Positions 25,810 through 35,387 of a stretch of 41,457 bases of DNA are shown piece by piece; the stretch's first letter is position 1, and each line of letters opens with the position of its first letter. Location of the stretch: positions 1-41,457 of IMG/VR virus record IMGVR_UViG_3300045988_094226. One strand, written 5' to 3'. The translations under genes and the position numbers were made by a program. The notes below the pieces were generated by a model. That model did no database searches and was not told the DNA's origin. It was given only the letters and a program-made list of their open reading frames with translations. This stretch comes from a virus.

Positions 25810-26088
25810 TTACGCTCCGGTTTTCTTTGTGCGCCTGACAGTCTTTCTCGTTGTCTTTGGTCTTTCCTTTGGGGTTTCCTCCGGCTCTTCATCTTCCTGA
25901 TCTACTTCTTCATTCTGATTGTCCGCAGGATCATCTTCCGCGTCTTCATCCTGTTCAAGTACTTCTACATATCCGCCGGAAATGTAGGCAGTTAATTCTT
26001 CCGCTGTTCCGTCGTACGTCTCGCCGACATCAACGATTGTTCCGTTTATAATAATTTTCTCCAGTGCTTTTATCAGCATGTCATTCAC
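25810..26088 (-). CDS. Acidic hypothetical protein with a basic C-terminal tail
   Basis: ORF track. DEDAEDDPADNQNEEVDQEDEEPEE then KTTRKTVRRTKKTGA. Confidence 0.35.
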   Translation of the reverse strand: MNDMLIKALEKIIINGTIVDVGETYDGTAEELTAYISGGYVEVLEQDEDAEDDPADNQNEEVDQEDEEPEETPKERPKTTRKTVRRTKKTGA

Positions 26089-26347
26089 CTCTCGTTTCTA
26101 ATTGCAGTAGTTGTGCAGTAATTGTGAACGGTAATTCTGCCCCCTGTCCTACTGCGTTTCTGTTTTCGTACCAGTACCCTACGATCATATGCATACAAAG
26201 GATAGATTGGGCGTCAGTCTCTTTGACTTCGACGCCCGTCCCCTGCAAAATAAACGTTTTAGCGGTATCGATGAGTGTCCGGATGACCTCGTCTTCCTGG
26301 TTTCCGTCAACTCGGAGATACGCTTTAACGCCATCCAGAATGCTCAT
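26081..26347 (-). CDS. Head-tail connector (gp6-like/DNA-packaging protein)
   Basis: Typical N-terminus LDGVKAYLRVDGNQEDEVIRTLIDTAKTFI. Confidence 0.6.
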   Translation of the reverse strand: MSILDGVKAYLRVDGNQEDEVIRTLIDTAKTFILQGTGVEVKETDAQSILCMHMIVGYWYENRNAVGQGAELPFTITAQLLQLETRGE

Positions 26348-26359
26348 AATACCTCCTTC

Positions 26360-27520
26360 TTATGCAAGCGTTAGCTCGCCGTATACGGCTGCGGCGCTGT
26401 CAAACGCTTTAACGTCAAGCCTTGTAATTGCTTTAATGTCGTAAGAATCACGAATAAATGAGTTCCCGCCGATACCCGTGCCTTCGAGTGTAATAAGCTG
26501 GCGGTCAAAGAGTACGATTGCATCCGCCAGAGACCCGACAATAATCGGCGCAACTTTCTTTGGGGATGTCACAGTCGGCAAGTACTTGTTGCTGACAACG
26601 GTAACCGGATAGGCAAACAGCAGTTTTTGCGTCGGATTGAGCGGATTCGGCTGAAGCAGGTAACGCCCTTCGGAGTCTTTCAACTTGTCTAAGAAGTTAA
26701 ATCCGTCCTGATTGGTAACAATGCCGGACGCCAAAGAAATCGCTGGGTCAAGATCCACATTCAGAATATCTTTCAAGCTGTCTACATTAGCAACGGGCTT
26801 CTTTGCCAGTGTTTTCATGATTGCAATGATCAGGCTATTTCTTGTGACCACATCTTTCTTAGCAAACCACGCACTCACATAAGAAATGAGATTCTGGTCT
26901 GTGTCAGACAACATCTCTTTTGAAATCGGAAGAATGCCTGCATATTTTTTGATCGCGTATGCGATTTTTTCAAATTTCGGACCGTCGATTTCTTTGATTG
27001 TTGCCATTTCATCAACGCTTTCAAGCGGCGTCATTTCTGCCCATTTTTCTATAACGCGGGAGCCGGTCATAGTAGTTGTAGGCGTAATCGTGACAAGCTG
27101 GTCCAGCGGATTCAGCGCTCTCTTGAGTTCGTTGATTTTAGTTGAGATGTCCTGCGGAACGATAAGCCCGCCGTCGGCGTCAACTCCCGCTTTCATGCCC
27201 GCCCTGGCTTCTTTCAACACTTCGGCTTCCGCGTCCGTCGGCATCTGGCGCTTAATCTCTTTCACAAGCCCGCTGAACATAAGATCTCTTTTTTCTTCGT
27301 CGGTGATTTCTGCCGCGCGTGCCGCCGGGGGAACCGTTGCCGGAACATCTGCCAGCGTTTGTTCAATCTCCAGCTGCCTTTTGAGTTCTCTTAATTCAGC
27401 TGTTTTACTTTCCGCTTCGTCAAGTTTTTTATCTGCCATTAACGCGCGGATTTCTTCGGTTACTTTCGCCATTCTCTGGCGCAATTCTCTTTCTTTTTCT
27501 GTCATTTCTTCTTCCTCCAT
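26360..27520 (-). CDS. Major capsid protein, HK97 fold, with an N-terminal coiled-coil delta domain
   Basis: 386 aa. Position after the prohead protease. Coiled-coil N-terminus then capsid-like body. Confidence 0.8.
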   Translation of the reverse strand: MEEEEMTEKERELRQRMAKVTEEIRALMADKKLDEAESKTAELRELKRQLEIEQTLADVPATVPPAARAAEITDEEKRDLMFSGLVKEIKRQMPTDAEAEVLKEARAGMKAGVDADGGLIVPQDISTKINELKRALNPLDQLVTITPTTTMTGSRVIEKWAEMTPLESVDEMATIKEIDGPKFEKIAYAIKKYAGILPISKEMLSDTDQNLISYVSAWFAKKDVVTRNSLIIAIMKTLAKKPVANVDSLKDILNVDLDPAISLASGIVTNQDGFNFLDKLKDSEGRYLLQPNPLNPTQKLLFAYPVTVVSNKYLPTVTSPKKVAPIIVGSLADAIVLFDRQLITLEGTGIGGNSFIRDSYDIKAITRLDVKAFDSAAAVYGELTLA

Positions 27521-27544
27521 TTAAAAGCCGCCGTTCGGCGGCAA

Positions 27545-28177
27545 TTATTGATTTAACAATTCCAGCTCTATATTGAGCTTTCGTTTTCTAATGTTTTCTT
27601 GCTCTTCTTTCAAAGAATTAACGTATGCTTCTTTCGATTCCTGCATTGACCGCTGTACAGCCTGCGCTTCGGTGTCCGGGTATGCCGGCGTCGTGACAAT
27701 CGATACATCCCATAGCCTCTCAATATGCTTGACTGCCCGATGGTACATGTCTTTCTCGCTTTCATATGACCAGTCGGCGCCGCTTTCCGCCAACGTGAAT
27801 GCAAAAGAACACTGATTGACAACGCCAGCTGCCATATTCGTCATTAAATCCTTAGCATACGCCGTATCGGTCGGAATCAAGCTGAACCGCAGCCCGGTGT
27901 CGTCTACCGACAGACTTAGATGCCCGGGTCCCTCGCGAACGGTATTTCTTGCCAGCGGATAGTTCGGATCGTGATTAATCAGCGCTACGACGTTAGACAT
28001 GTCCGTTTTATCCAGACACCCGCGCTCTAAGATTTCATCAACGCCGCCGAAGTCTTCTGACCGTTTCCCAAACTTGAGAGCATACCCCTCCAAGATGATA
28101 GTTTTACCATCTTCCAGCGTCCTAATCTCAAACTGCGTCTGATTGATTCTTCTTTCCCTTTTCCCCATTATCATCAC
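27545..28177 (-). CDS. Prohead maturation protease (HK97 family, S78/U35)
   Basis: Position between portal and capsid. 210 aa. Confidence 0.75.
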   Translation of the reverse strand: MMIMGKRERRINQTQFEIRTLEDGKTIILEGYALKFGKRSEDFGGVDEILERGCLDKTDMSNVVALINHDPNYPLARNTVREGPGHLSLSVDDTGLRFSLIPTDTAYAKDLMTNMAAGVVNQCSFAFTLAESGADWSYESEKDMYHRAVKHIERLWDVSIVTTPAYPDTEAQAVQRSMQESKEAYVNSLKEEQENIRKRKLNIELELLNQ

Positions 28178-29399
28178 CTCCTTTCAGTGTTCCGTTCTTC
28201 GCTTTTGCTAATTGCAAATCTTTCAGAACGGTAATATCTGTATAATTCAGCGATGCAAGATGGATATCCCCTACATCGCCTATACATTCCATTTCTTCCA
28301 TATCGCGGATCTCATTAAGCGTATAAATGCCGGCATAGAGCATGTCTTTGTAGTATTCAGCCCTTGCTTTACTGTCGCCTCTGAGTTCAGCCGCGGCGTT
28401 GAATTTCACATAATAGTTTTCTCTTTCTGGTTCAGTAAACAGTTTATAGTTGATTTCCTGTTCCCATGATGTAAAGATCGGAAGAAGCGTTGTTTTGATG
28501 TAGTCAAGGCTCATTGCTTCGGCGTTAGCGTACGTTGCACGATCCAGCTGCGCCAGCTTATGCGGCGGTATCCGGTAGACCTTGGCGACTTCGTTAATTC
28601 CGAATTTCTGCGTTTCGATAAACTGTGCCTGGTCCAGCTGCATGCCAAGCGACTTATATTCCATTCCCAGGTCAAGAACAGCGACTCGTCCGGCATTATC
28701 TATACCGCCGTTGATTTTTTCCCATTCTTGACGGAGTTTCTTTTTCGCTTCCGGATTGATCTTCGACGCTGCTTGCAACACGCCGTGCGTCATTGTTCCG
28801 TTTTTGTAAAATTGGCTCTGAAATTTCTTGATTGCATTTTGGCTGTCCAGCTCGTCAATCAGCGTCCGCCATTTCGGCACGCCGATGAGCCCGTCTTTTG
28901 ACATTTCATAAAAATGCAAGACATCATGCGGCTGTAGATGGTACATCGCCCCTTTTGCATCGCTTGTCGTATATGTCAGCGTTCCAGTGACCACGTTTAA
29001 TCGGATCGTCGTTTTTGTCGGGTCAAGCGGCCATAATGACTTCGGATACCCGTCTGTCCCCCATTCTATATAAGCGATAGCGTTTCCGTAAAATCCCATG
29101 TGATATTGCAGCGTTCGTTTGAACGCAAGCGGTGTCATAAGCGGATTCGGTCGTTTATACAGCAGTTTAGCGACAGGATGTTTCATCCCTTCCGTCTTTT
29201 TCCCGCCGGTCCTGAATGTGTGGATCGGCAGTTTACCGATGTCGTCAGCCAAAATGTTGACGCACGTATAAATGTTGCTGTTTTTACTTGCCGTTGCCGC
29301 CGTTACGCCGTCACCGTTAATGGCGGATATGAGCCAGTCTGCAGGGCTAAGCAGTGTACCCGAGTCCGTCGGGTTTGAAAAAAGCTGTCTTAAAAGCAT
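28128..29399 (-). CDS. Portal protein
   Basis: 423 aa, downstream of TerL. Confidence 0.8.
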   Translation of the reverse strand: MLLRQLFSNPTDSGTLLSPADWLISAINGDGVTAATASKNSNIYTCVNILADDIGKLPIHTFRTGGKKTEGMKHPVAKLLYKRPNPLMTPLAFKRTLQYHMGFYGNAIAYIEWGTDGYPKSLWPLDPTKTTIRLNVVTGTLTYTTSDAKGAMYHLQPHDVLHFYEMSKDGLIGVPKWRTLIDELDSQNAIKKFQSQFYKNGTMTHGVLQAASKINPEAKKKLRQEWEKINGGIDNAGRVAVLDLGMEYKSLGMQLDQAQFIETQKFGINEVAKVYRIPPHKLAQLDRATYANAEAMSLDYIKTTLLPIFTSWEQEINYKLFTEPERENYYVKFNAAAELRGDSKARAEYYKDMLYAGIYTLNEIRDMEEMECIGDVGDIHLASLNYTDITVLKDLQLAKAKNGTLKGGDDNGEKGKKNQSDAV

Positions 29400-29566
29400 T
29401 ATTTACCACCGCCTCTCTGCGCTTTGGCAAAAATAAATGCCAAAATCAGGCACTCTATAGCCGCGGTATATACCGCGACCACGGGAGATATCAATACACC
29501 GCCGGCAATCATTAGAATGCACCCGACGAACAGAAAAATGTCGTCAATCACATACAATATCTTTTT
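29399..29566 (-). CDS. Small hydrophobic membrane protein (about 55 aa) between TerL and portal
   Basis: GTG start after GGAGGA. TAATG overlap with the portal start. Two predicted TM helices. Confidence 0.3.
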   Translation of the reverse strand, partial: KKILYVIDDIFLFVGCILMIAGGVLISPVVAVYTAAIECLILAFIFAKAQRGGGK

Positions 29567-29579
29567 CACATGTCCTCCT

Positions 29580-31298
29580 TTATAAGCTGAAATCGTCGCT
29601 CAAAATATAATCACTCATATCATCTTCTTCGGTAATCCGCGCACGTGTAAACGCATTGATTACCGACGCTATCGGGTCAATTCTGTTTGTTGATTTTTCT
29701 TTGTCAAGCATGATGTTTTCGTTTTGGTCTTTTTTTGTGACCGCGTTACTGATTGACCAGTCAAGCAGCGGATTTTCAAAATGCAAAATGTTTCCCTGAT
29801 ACGCATTTTCTCTAAATGATTTTGTCGGTTCGGATAAAGTCATCATGCCCTGCCGGACTTCGACACATGTATACTCCAGTTTTTCAAGTTCCTGCGCATA
29901 ATAAGTTGCGTTATACGGGTCATAGCAGATTTCTTTAATGTTCAGTCCCAGCTCTTCCGCCGTTTCCACCATCCACTTTGTCATGTATCGATAATCGACT
30001 ACTTCTCCAGAATTGACCGTCAGCCAGCCACCGCGGGCATAGTAATCATACGGCACTCTGTCTGTTTTTATCTTTCTCTGCAGCGTTTCTTCCGGAATGA
30101 AGCTGTGACCGAGGACAATATACTTCGTCACATCCTTTTTGACCGGAATAACCAGTCCGATGGACGTCAAATCGACTTTACTTGATAAGTCCATCCCGAC
30201 ATATGCATCCAGTCCGTATAAGTCGTAACTTTCTATCCGCCCCCTGGTGTTCCATTTCCCCATGTCCATATATGAGGCTCCGGACTGCTGATTCCATATG
30301 TTCATGTTTTTCGTGAGAAATGATGACATTTTTTCTGGTGTCTCAACTGCCACTTTCAACGCGCTCCTTATATTCGCAATGCCCTCCGGATATGTCGCCA
30401 CAATCGGGTTTGCTTTTATCCAGCATTTTTCGTTTTTAACATCATCAATTAGGTTTCCTTCTTTATCTTTGTCCAGCTCATTGACCATGCAGAAATAGTC
30501 CGGTACGTCATAATCAATGTCCGGATTAAGGATCTTTTCTACCAGTGGATATTCTACTCTGTAACACGGTCCCCCGAAGTTCGTCCCCGCGGTAGTGATG
30601 ATAAACAGCAGCGGCTGTTTTCTGGCCATCATACCGGTGTCTATGACATCTAATATTTCGGACGTCGGATGCGCGTGATACTCGTCAATCAGACCGCACT
30701 GCGGATTGAGACCGTCCCCGGTCTTCCCGTCATCTTTTGACAGCGCCCGGATAATCGAATCGCTTTTCAAGTGTCGGATGGTACCATAACTTTCTTTCCA
30801 CTTTCCTTTCATCTCCGGCCATCGCCTAAGCATTGCCAGAATTTCATTGTAGATGATTTTTGACTGGATGCTTTTCGTAGCCCCAATGTAGACTTCTGAC
30901 ATCGGCTCCCCCATGGCCATCATTTCATAGTCACCGACTATGGCGAGTGATTGTGATTTCGCATTTTTCCTCCCAACCTGCCAATACGCTTTTTTAAAAC
31001 GCCGGAGCCCCGTATCTTTATTGACCCATCCGTAGATATTTCCGAAAATAAACCGCCGGATAGGCTCAAAAATAATGGGCTGCCCAGCTAAGATTCCTTT
31101 TGTGTGCTTATGCATCGCGGCCCATGCAAAGAATCTCTCTGCTCTTTTTTCATCAAATACATACGGAAATTTCTTCGTACCCGCCATTTCTATATCCCGC
31201 AAAAAACGCATACATGCCCAGCGATGTTTTTGGCATATATGCGTTTTGTCTTTTATGCATTTCCTGCTGTACCTGATCAGCTCTTGTTTCAGCGTCAT
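29580..31298 (-). CDS. Terminase large subunit
   Basis: 572 aa. ATPase and nuclease halves. Overlaps the TerS stop. Confidence 0.85.
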   Translation of the reverse strand: MTLKQELIRYSRKCIKDKTHICQKHRWACMRFLRDIEMAGTKKFPYVFDEKRAERFFAWAAMHKHTKGILAGQPIIFEPIRRFIFGNIYGWVNKDTGLRRFKKAYWQVGRKNAKSQSLAIVGDYEMMAMGEPMSEVYIGATKSIQSKIIYNEILAMLRRWPEMKGKWKESYGTIRHLKSDSIIRALSKDDGKTGDGLNPQCGLIDEYHAHPTSEILDVIDTGMMARKQPLLFIITTAGTNFGGPCYRVEYPLVEKILNPDIDYDVPDYFCMVNELDKDKEGNLIDDVKNEKCWIKANPIVATYPEGIANIRSALKVAVETPEKMSSFLTKNMNIWNQQSGASYMDMGKWNTRGRIESYDLYGLDAYVGMDLSSKVDLTSIGLVIPVKKDVTKYIVLGHSFIPEETLQRKIKTDRVPYDYYARGGWLTVNSGEVVDYRYMTKWMVETAEELGLNIKEICYDPYNATYYAQELEKLEYTCVEVRQGMMTLSEPTKSFRENAYQGNILHFENPLLDWSISNAVTKKDQNENIMLDKEKSTNRIDPIASVINAFTRARITEEDDMSDYILSDDFSL

Positions 31299-31870
31299 AC
31301 ATCAAAGCCCCTTTTACTTAGCGGGTCTTCTTCTTTCTTTTCTGGCTCTTTCGGTACATTCTTTACTTTTGCAAGCGGTGACAAGAATAATCTGTCTTCC
31401 ATTTGTACGAGTGCCGCCATTTTCGCATTGATTGCTTTGTCCATTGCCATAATACCGCCGGTAGATAAAATGTACTCTATCTTCTCGTAGAGCTTTGCGG
31501 CTTTTCGTTGACTGTATTCTGCTTCAAGAATTTCCTGTGTTGCAGTCGTTTCTTCACCTGTTAATTCTATTCGAGCAATCTTGTCCCGGCGTTCTATTAA
31601 ATCTATGTACTGCGCAAACGCCATGCAGTACCTCGCAATCACTCCGATGTCCGCCGATGAAACGAATTTGAAACCGGTGTAAAGTTTCTTGATTTCTTTC
31701 CATTTTTTGAATGCTTCTTTATTCGTTTTTACATAAACCGGGCATACTAATTTCTGTTCTCCGAGATGTATTTCTGATTTTTTTCTATGCTCGATTTCAG
31801 CTTTCGTCAGGTGACTCGGATTGCCTGAAACTATATGTAAATCAATAGGTTTTGCTGGACGCCCGGACAT
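31295..31870 (-). CDS. Terminase small subunit (P27 family)
   Basis: 191 aa, immediately upstream of TerL and downstream of HNH. Confidence 0.65.
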   Translation of the reverse strand: MSGRPAKPIDLHIVSGNPSHLTKAEIEHRKKSEIHLGEQKLVCPVYVKTNKEAFKKWKEIKKLYTGFKFVSSADIGVIARYCMAFAQYIDLIERRDKIARIELTGEETTATQEILEAEYSQRKAAKLYEKIEYILSTGGIMAMDKAINAKMAALVQMEDRLFLSPLAKVKNVPKEPEKKEEDPLSKRGFDV

Positions 31871-32029
31871 GTTATCCCTCCTTTCTTTTTAATGTTGCCA
31901 TTTTCGCATAATTGACATTTCAACGCATGCGTTTAATGTAAGGTCCATTTCCCGAATTTTTTTCACAAAAGAGGAGGCGCACGGTACTGTCGCATCCGGT
32001 CAAAACATTTTTGACCCGGGGGTAGTCCG
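31871..32029. promoter_or_regulatory. Structured intergenic region between HNH and TerS (inverted repeat GGTCAAAA-CATT-TTTTGACC). Candidate cos/packaging-recognition region
   Basis: Read directly. HNH-TerS-TerL order is typical of cos phages. Confidence 0.3.
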
Positions 32030-32407
32030 TCAAGCTTTAATTTTATTCCCGAATCCGCCGTTTTCTCTTGCTGTTTTCTTGTCGTGACATCTCTTGTTCA
32101 TCGCCTGCCAGTTACTTTCATCCCAAAAAAGCTCTTGATTACCGCGATGCGGAATGATGTGGTCAACCACATTAGCCGGCAGCGGATGCCTTGATACTTT
32201 ACACGCTGGACATTCACAGAACGGATGCTGTGCCAAAAAAGCCTTGCGCGCTTTCGTCCACTTGTAATTGTATCCTCGTTTCGATGGTGACTCCCGTTCA
32301 AACTCTTTCGGATTTCTTATGTGCAATTGTTTATGTTTATCGCAATAGTTTTCTCTTGTTAATGCGTGGCACCCCGGATGTCCGCATTCGCGCAATGCTC
32401 TTCTCAT
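32030..32407 (-). CDS. HNH endonuclease (terminase-associated)
   Basis: Cys/His-rich: CGHPGCH...CDKH...CECPAC...HIIPH...CHDKK. Confidence 0.8.
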   Translation of the reverse strand: MRRALRECGHPGCHALTRENYCDKHKQLHIRNPKEFERESPSKRGYNYKWTKARKAFLAQHPFCECPACKVSRHPLPANVVDHIIPHRGNQELFWDESNWQAMNKRCHDKKTARENGGFGNKIKA

Positions 32408-32590
32408 GTTGCTCCTGTCAAGCAGTCAGTCCCGCTGGAAATTATAGTAAATGCAAAAGCCGCCCATTTCTGAGCGGCTACATGGCTTTGCAGTTCTTCT
32501 ATTCAATTTTCGCATCTTAATCTTATCACACCTTGCTCTGTCTTTTTTGGTCTTTTTGGCTTTTTTGGCATTTTTTTATTATATTTTGAT
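32408..32590. promoter_or_regulatory. Phased A/T-tract (intrinsically bent) region plus a terminator-like hairpin upstream of the packaging genes
   Basis: GTCTTTTTTGGTCTTTTTGGCTTTTTTGGCATTTTTTT with a roughly 10-bp period. Hairpin GCCGC-N10-GCGGC followed by TTTT on the minus strand. Confidence 0.4.
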
Positions 32591-32832
32591 TAAATCTTTC
32601 CGTAAACTCGTTCCATTCCCGCACGTGTCACCAACCAGATATGCCCTGACTTTCGGCACTCTTCACCTGTAAACCGTGGCGGATACCCTCTTTGACCGGA
32701 ACACGCCTTCTTAATTGCCACCACTGAAACTTTCCATCGCTCTGCAGCTTCTGTCGTTGTCATCACCTCATCAATTACTTTGACACTCTCCATCCGATAT
32801 ATCCTCCGATAACTAAGCCGCTTATTAAGCAC
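32590..32832 (-). CDS. HTH DNA-binding protein (excisionase-like HTH_17)
   Basis: TTTEAAERWKVSVVAIKKACSG...IWLVTRAGMERVYG. Confidence 0.5.
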   Translation of the reverse strand: MLNKRLSYRRIYRMESVKVIDEVMTTTEAAERWKVSVVAIKKACSGQRGYPPRFTGEECRKSGHIWLVTRAGMERVYGKI

Positions 32833-32977
32833 TCAATACCATACCTATCCAAACCGATGAAATATAATCCTGCAATAGCAGATATGGCAAATAAAACATC
32901 ATACGTTTTCATATTCTTAACCTCCTGTGATATAATACAGGTAGTAGAGGGCTTTCGCCCTCCTACCCGTCGCTCTC

Positions 32978-33163
32978 TTATCGGTTTCGTTTTCGGCGCT
33001 TCCGATTTGAGGGCTTTTGCTTTGTGGCTTGTACCGCCCAGATTTGGACGATTACATTAATCACGATTGCGATTAGCCACTGCCAGTCTTGCTTTTCTAT
33101 CATTCTCACCTCCTTTCTGTATATATTATATATCTTTTTCGGTATACTGTCAAGTGTTTTCAT
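32978..33163 (-). CDS. Small membrane protein with a basic C-terminus
   Basis: ORF track, 61 aa. TM WQWLIAIVINVIVQIWAV. Confidence 0.3.
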   Translation of the reverse strand: MKTLDSIPKKIYNIYRKEVRMIEKQDWQWLIAIVINVIVQIWAVQATKQKPSNRKRRKRNR

Positions 33164-33169
33164 AAGTTT

Positions 33170-33202
33170 TTATTAAAAAATCCACCTTTCGATGGATTTC
33201 TT
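33170..33202 (-). terminator. Terminator-like hairpin after the ArpU-like gene
   Basis: AATCCA-N8-TGGATT flanked by T-runs on both strands. Confidence 0.35.
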
Positions 33203-33205
33203 TTT

Positions 33206-33664
33206 TTATTTATTGCCAGTATATATCTTTCTTTTCAGTCTTTGAAATACTATCTCAAAGCTTACTTCTGCCGCTTCTTTTGTTTTTGTTATATTGTTCC
33301 TGCTTATGCGTATTGTTCTTGATATTGCTCTATATGACCTGTGATTTAAATACCACTCTCTTAGTATTGTTTTCTCGTCATCGTTTTTTATCATGTCTAT
33401 CAGTCTTCGTGCTTCTATCCTCGCGATAATGAGATCTTCATGTTCTTGCATAACCATTTCTTCATATTTTTCTGCGAGTATTACTCTGTCTGACAGGTCG
33501 GGCTGTATTCCGCCGGAAACCTTGTCTTTTTCGTATCGCTGCCCTTTTATTTGATAGATATGTGATTTACGTTCCGCAATCTCTCTTTGCACCGACAGGT
33601 ACCGCCGGTGTTGATTATATATCGCTTGGAGATATTCCTGCCCGGTTTTAAAGTCTTTTATCAT
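33206..33664 (-). CDS. ArpU/RinA-like late-gene transcriptional activator (sigma-70 region 4-like HTH)
   Basis: 152 aa. C-terminal TILREWYLNHRSYRAISRTIRISRNNI. Sits upstream of the packaging module. Confidence 0.5.
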   Translation of the reverse strand: MIKDFKTGQEYLQAIYNQHRRYLSVQREIAERKSHIYQIKGQRYEKDKVSGGIQPDLSDRVILAEKYEEMVMQEHEDLIIARIEARRLIDMIKNDDEKTILREWYLNHRSYRAISRTIRISRNNITKTKEAAEVSFEIVFQRLKRKIYTGNK

Positions 33665-34026
33665 TTATCCCTCTTGTTTATTCTTTCAATAATCTTATCT
33701 GTTATCTTATCTACGATATCACTTGCTTTATCTATATTCGCAGGTGTTATATAGTTTGTAACAGTCATTTTGTAGAAAGTGTCTCGTGCCGGGATCATAA
33801 TATTTAATATCGTGACAACGACAAGTATCTTTAATAACGAATGAAATGTTTTCTGGTTTCGAATAGTTTCGGCTTCTTTATACGGACTTCTATTTGACAT
33901 ATAGTCGCAAAATGCAATCGCGGTAGCTATGCACAAAATCCACATCAAAACATTAATAACTAAATTTATACTGCCTACTACATCGGCTACATAGAATATC
34001 CACGGACTTATTATTGGCTCACTCAT
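33661..34026 (-). CDS. Membrane protein, hypothetical
   Basis: Two TM helices. ORF track. Confidence 0.35.
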   Translation of the reverse strand: MSEPIISPWIFYVADVVGSINLVINVLMWILCIATAIAFCDYMSNRSPYKEAETIRNQKTFHSLLKILVVVTILNIMIPARDTFYKMTVTNYITPANIDKASDIVDKITDKIIERINKRDK

Positions 34027-34429
34027 GACCTTCTCCTTTCAGTATTTTTAAAATCTCTTCTTTGTGTGCTTCCGCCGATTCTTTTGTTCTAAAGCAGTTG
34101 CCTATTGCCATTGCCATGCAGTCAAACGTACAACCTCGTTCAGATATGTCACTACATACTTTACCGTCAACTTCTACCCACCAATATTTATCTCCGATTT
34201 TCGGTTTGAATGGAATTACTTTAAATTCATAAACATCGAAATATTTTACAAAAACCACCCATTTTGAATCATCACGCCATTCTTCATTAACTTTTGTAAG
34301 CAATTCTCCGTTACAAAACTTATTGACCTGGCATTCTTCATGTGCAAATTGAGCTTCAAATTCTTCATTTTCTGCAACGCCAATTCTTTTCATCAGTAAT
34401 TCAATTACTTCTTCTTTTAGTGTTTTCAT
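34019..34429 (-). CDS. Hypothetical protein
   Basis: ORF track, 136 aa. Confidence 0.35.
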   Translation of the reverse strand: MKTLKEEVIELLMKRIGVAENEEFEAQFAHEECQVNKFCNGELLTKVNEEWRDDSKWVVFVKYFDVYEFKVIPFKPKIGDKYWWVEVDGKVCSDISERGCTFDCMAMAIGNCFRTKESAEAHKEEILKILKGEGHE

Positions 34430-34890
34430 ACTTTCACCTGCTCCACATCTTCAACTAAAAATGCATTGATATTTAAATTGTACTTATCAATCCAGCTCTG
34501 AATAACATTATTAACTGCGCATTCAAGTTTTTCTTTCTCGTCATTATCGACACCCTCAAGAAAACCTTCTGCATATTCCCCGTAAATTGCATATGCCCTA
34601 TCCGTTAAATCTTGAATGATATCATCTGCATATACCTTTGGGCACGGGCTTGTTATCCGACCAACAAAGAAGCATATAATATCATCGTCAATATCATCAT
34701 GAAAAACCTCTGAATAACTTGCATAAGATTCGAGATTATACGATTCAGCATTCATGAGTTCTTCCCGCCCCGCTTTTATTGCCTCTTCTTTGCTCGGATA
34801 TGTATCGTCACAGTTAAAATGATCTTCATCAAGTCCTACTACCCATTCTGCTTTTTCTTGTTTCATTTTCTCCTCCACCATTTCTGACAC
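34426..34890 (-). CDS. Hypothetical acidic protein
   Basis: ORF track, 154 aa. Confidence 0.35.
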   Translation of the reverse strand: MSEMVEEKMKQEKAEWVVGLDEDHFNCDDTYPSKEEAIKAGREELMNAESYNLESYASYSEVFHDDIDDDIICFFVGRITSPCPKVYADDIIQDLTDRAYAIYGEYAEGFLEGVDNDEKEKLECAVNNVIQSWIDKYNLNINAFLVEDVEQVKV

Positions 34891-35387
34891 CCGATCCGCA
34901 TCAACCCAATTTTTACTTCAATCGGTATCTTTTCAACATTGAAATGTTCAGAATTCTTTATTATGTCTACTGCCATTTCTTCTGCATCAACAATAATTAC
35001 TCCTGCTTTTGAAAATTTTTCAAGCAACACTTTCTTGATTTTTCCCTCATTTTCTTTGTACATGTTATGCGGAAATGCATAATAGATTGCCTTCGTGTAC
35101 TTTGTCATGTGATTCTCATTCTTTTTAAAATCTGCTAAGAAGTCACTATAACTGGCTTTGATTTCAACCTCCGTTAAATAATCATTTTCATTTAGCCATA
35201 TTAAATCGGCTTCATGTGTAACTCCAGCAAACGGGTATTCATATCCGATAAAGCAACCGTCTTTATCATATTTTTCTATTCTGCATGATGTTCTCGCAAA
35301 ACTAACATTCGGTATTACAATATTTTTATTACCAAAGTGTTCTGCTATTGCATATTGCATTACTGCTTCTTCTTTACTTTTACTCAT
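34863..35387 (-). CDS. PD-(D/E)xK-type nuclease-like protein
   Basis: HEADLIWL...EVEIKAS matches a D...(D/E)xK pattern. Immediately downstream of the C5-MTase. Confidence 0.35.
   Translation of the reverse strand: MSKSKEEAVMQYAIAEHFGNKNIVIPNVSFARTSCRIEKYDKDGCFIGYEYPFAGVTHEADLIWLNENDYLTEVEIKASYSDFLADFKKNENHMTKYTKAIYYAFPHNMYKENEGKIKKVLLEKFSKAGVIIVDAEEMAVDIIKNSEHFNVEKIPIEVKIGLMRIGCQKWWRRK

Noticed and set aside
20000-27600. Numerous plus-strand ORFs (for example 21287-21724, 22279-22632, 22427-22837, 23036-23500, 26886-27524) lying antisense to the tape measure, capsid and portal genes
   Set aside because: These are shadow ORFs caused by the codon bias of the real minus-strand genes. They have low-complexity Ser/Ala/Cys-rich translations, no RBS and no motifs.
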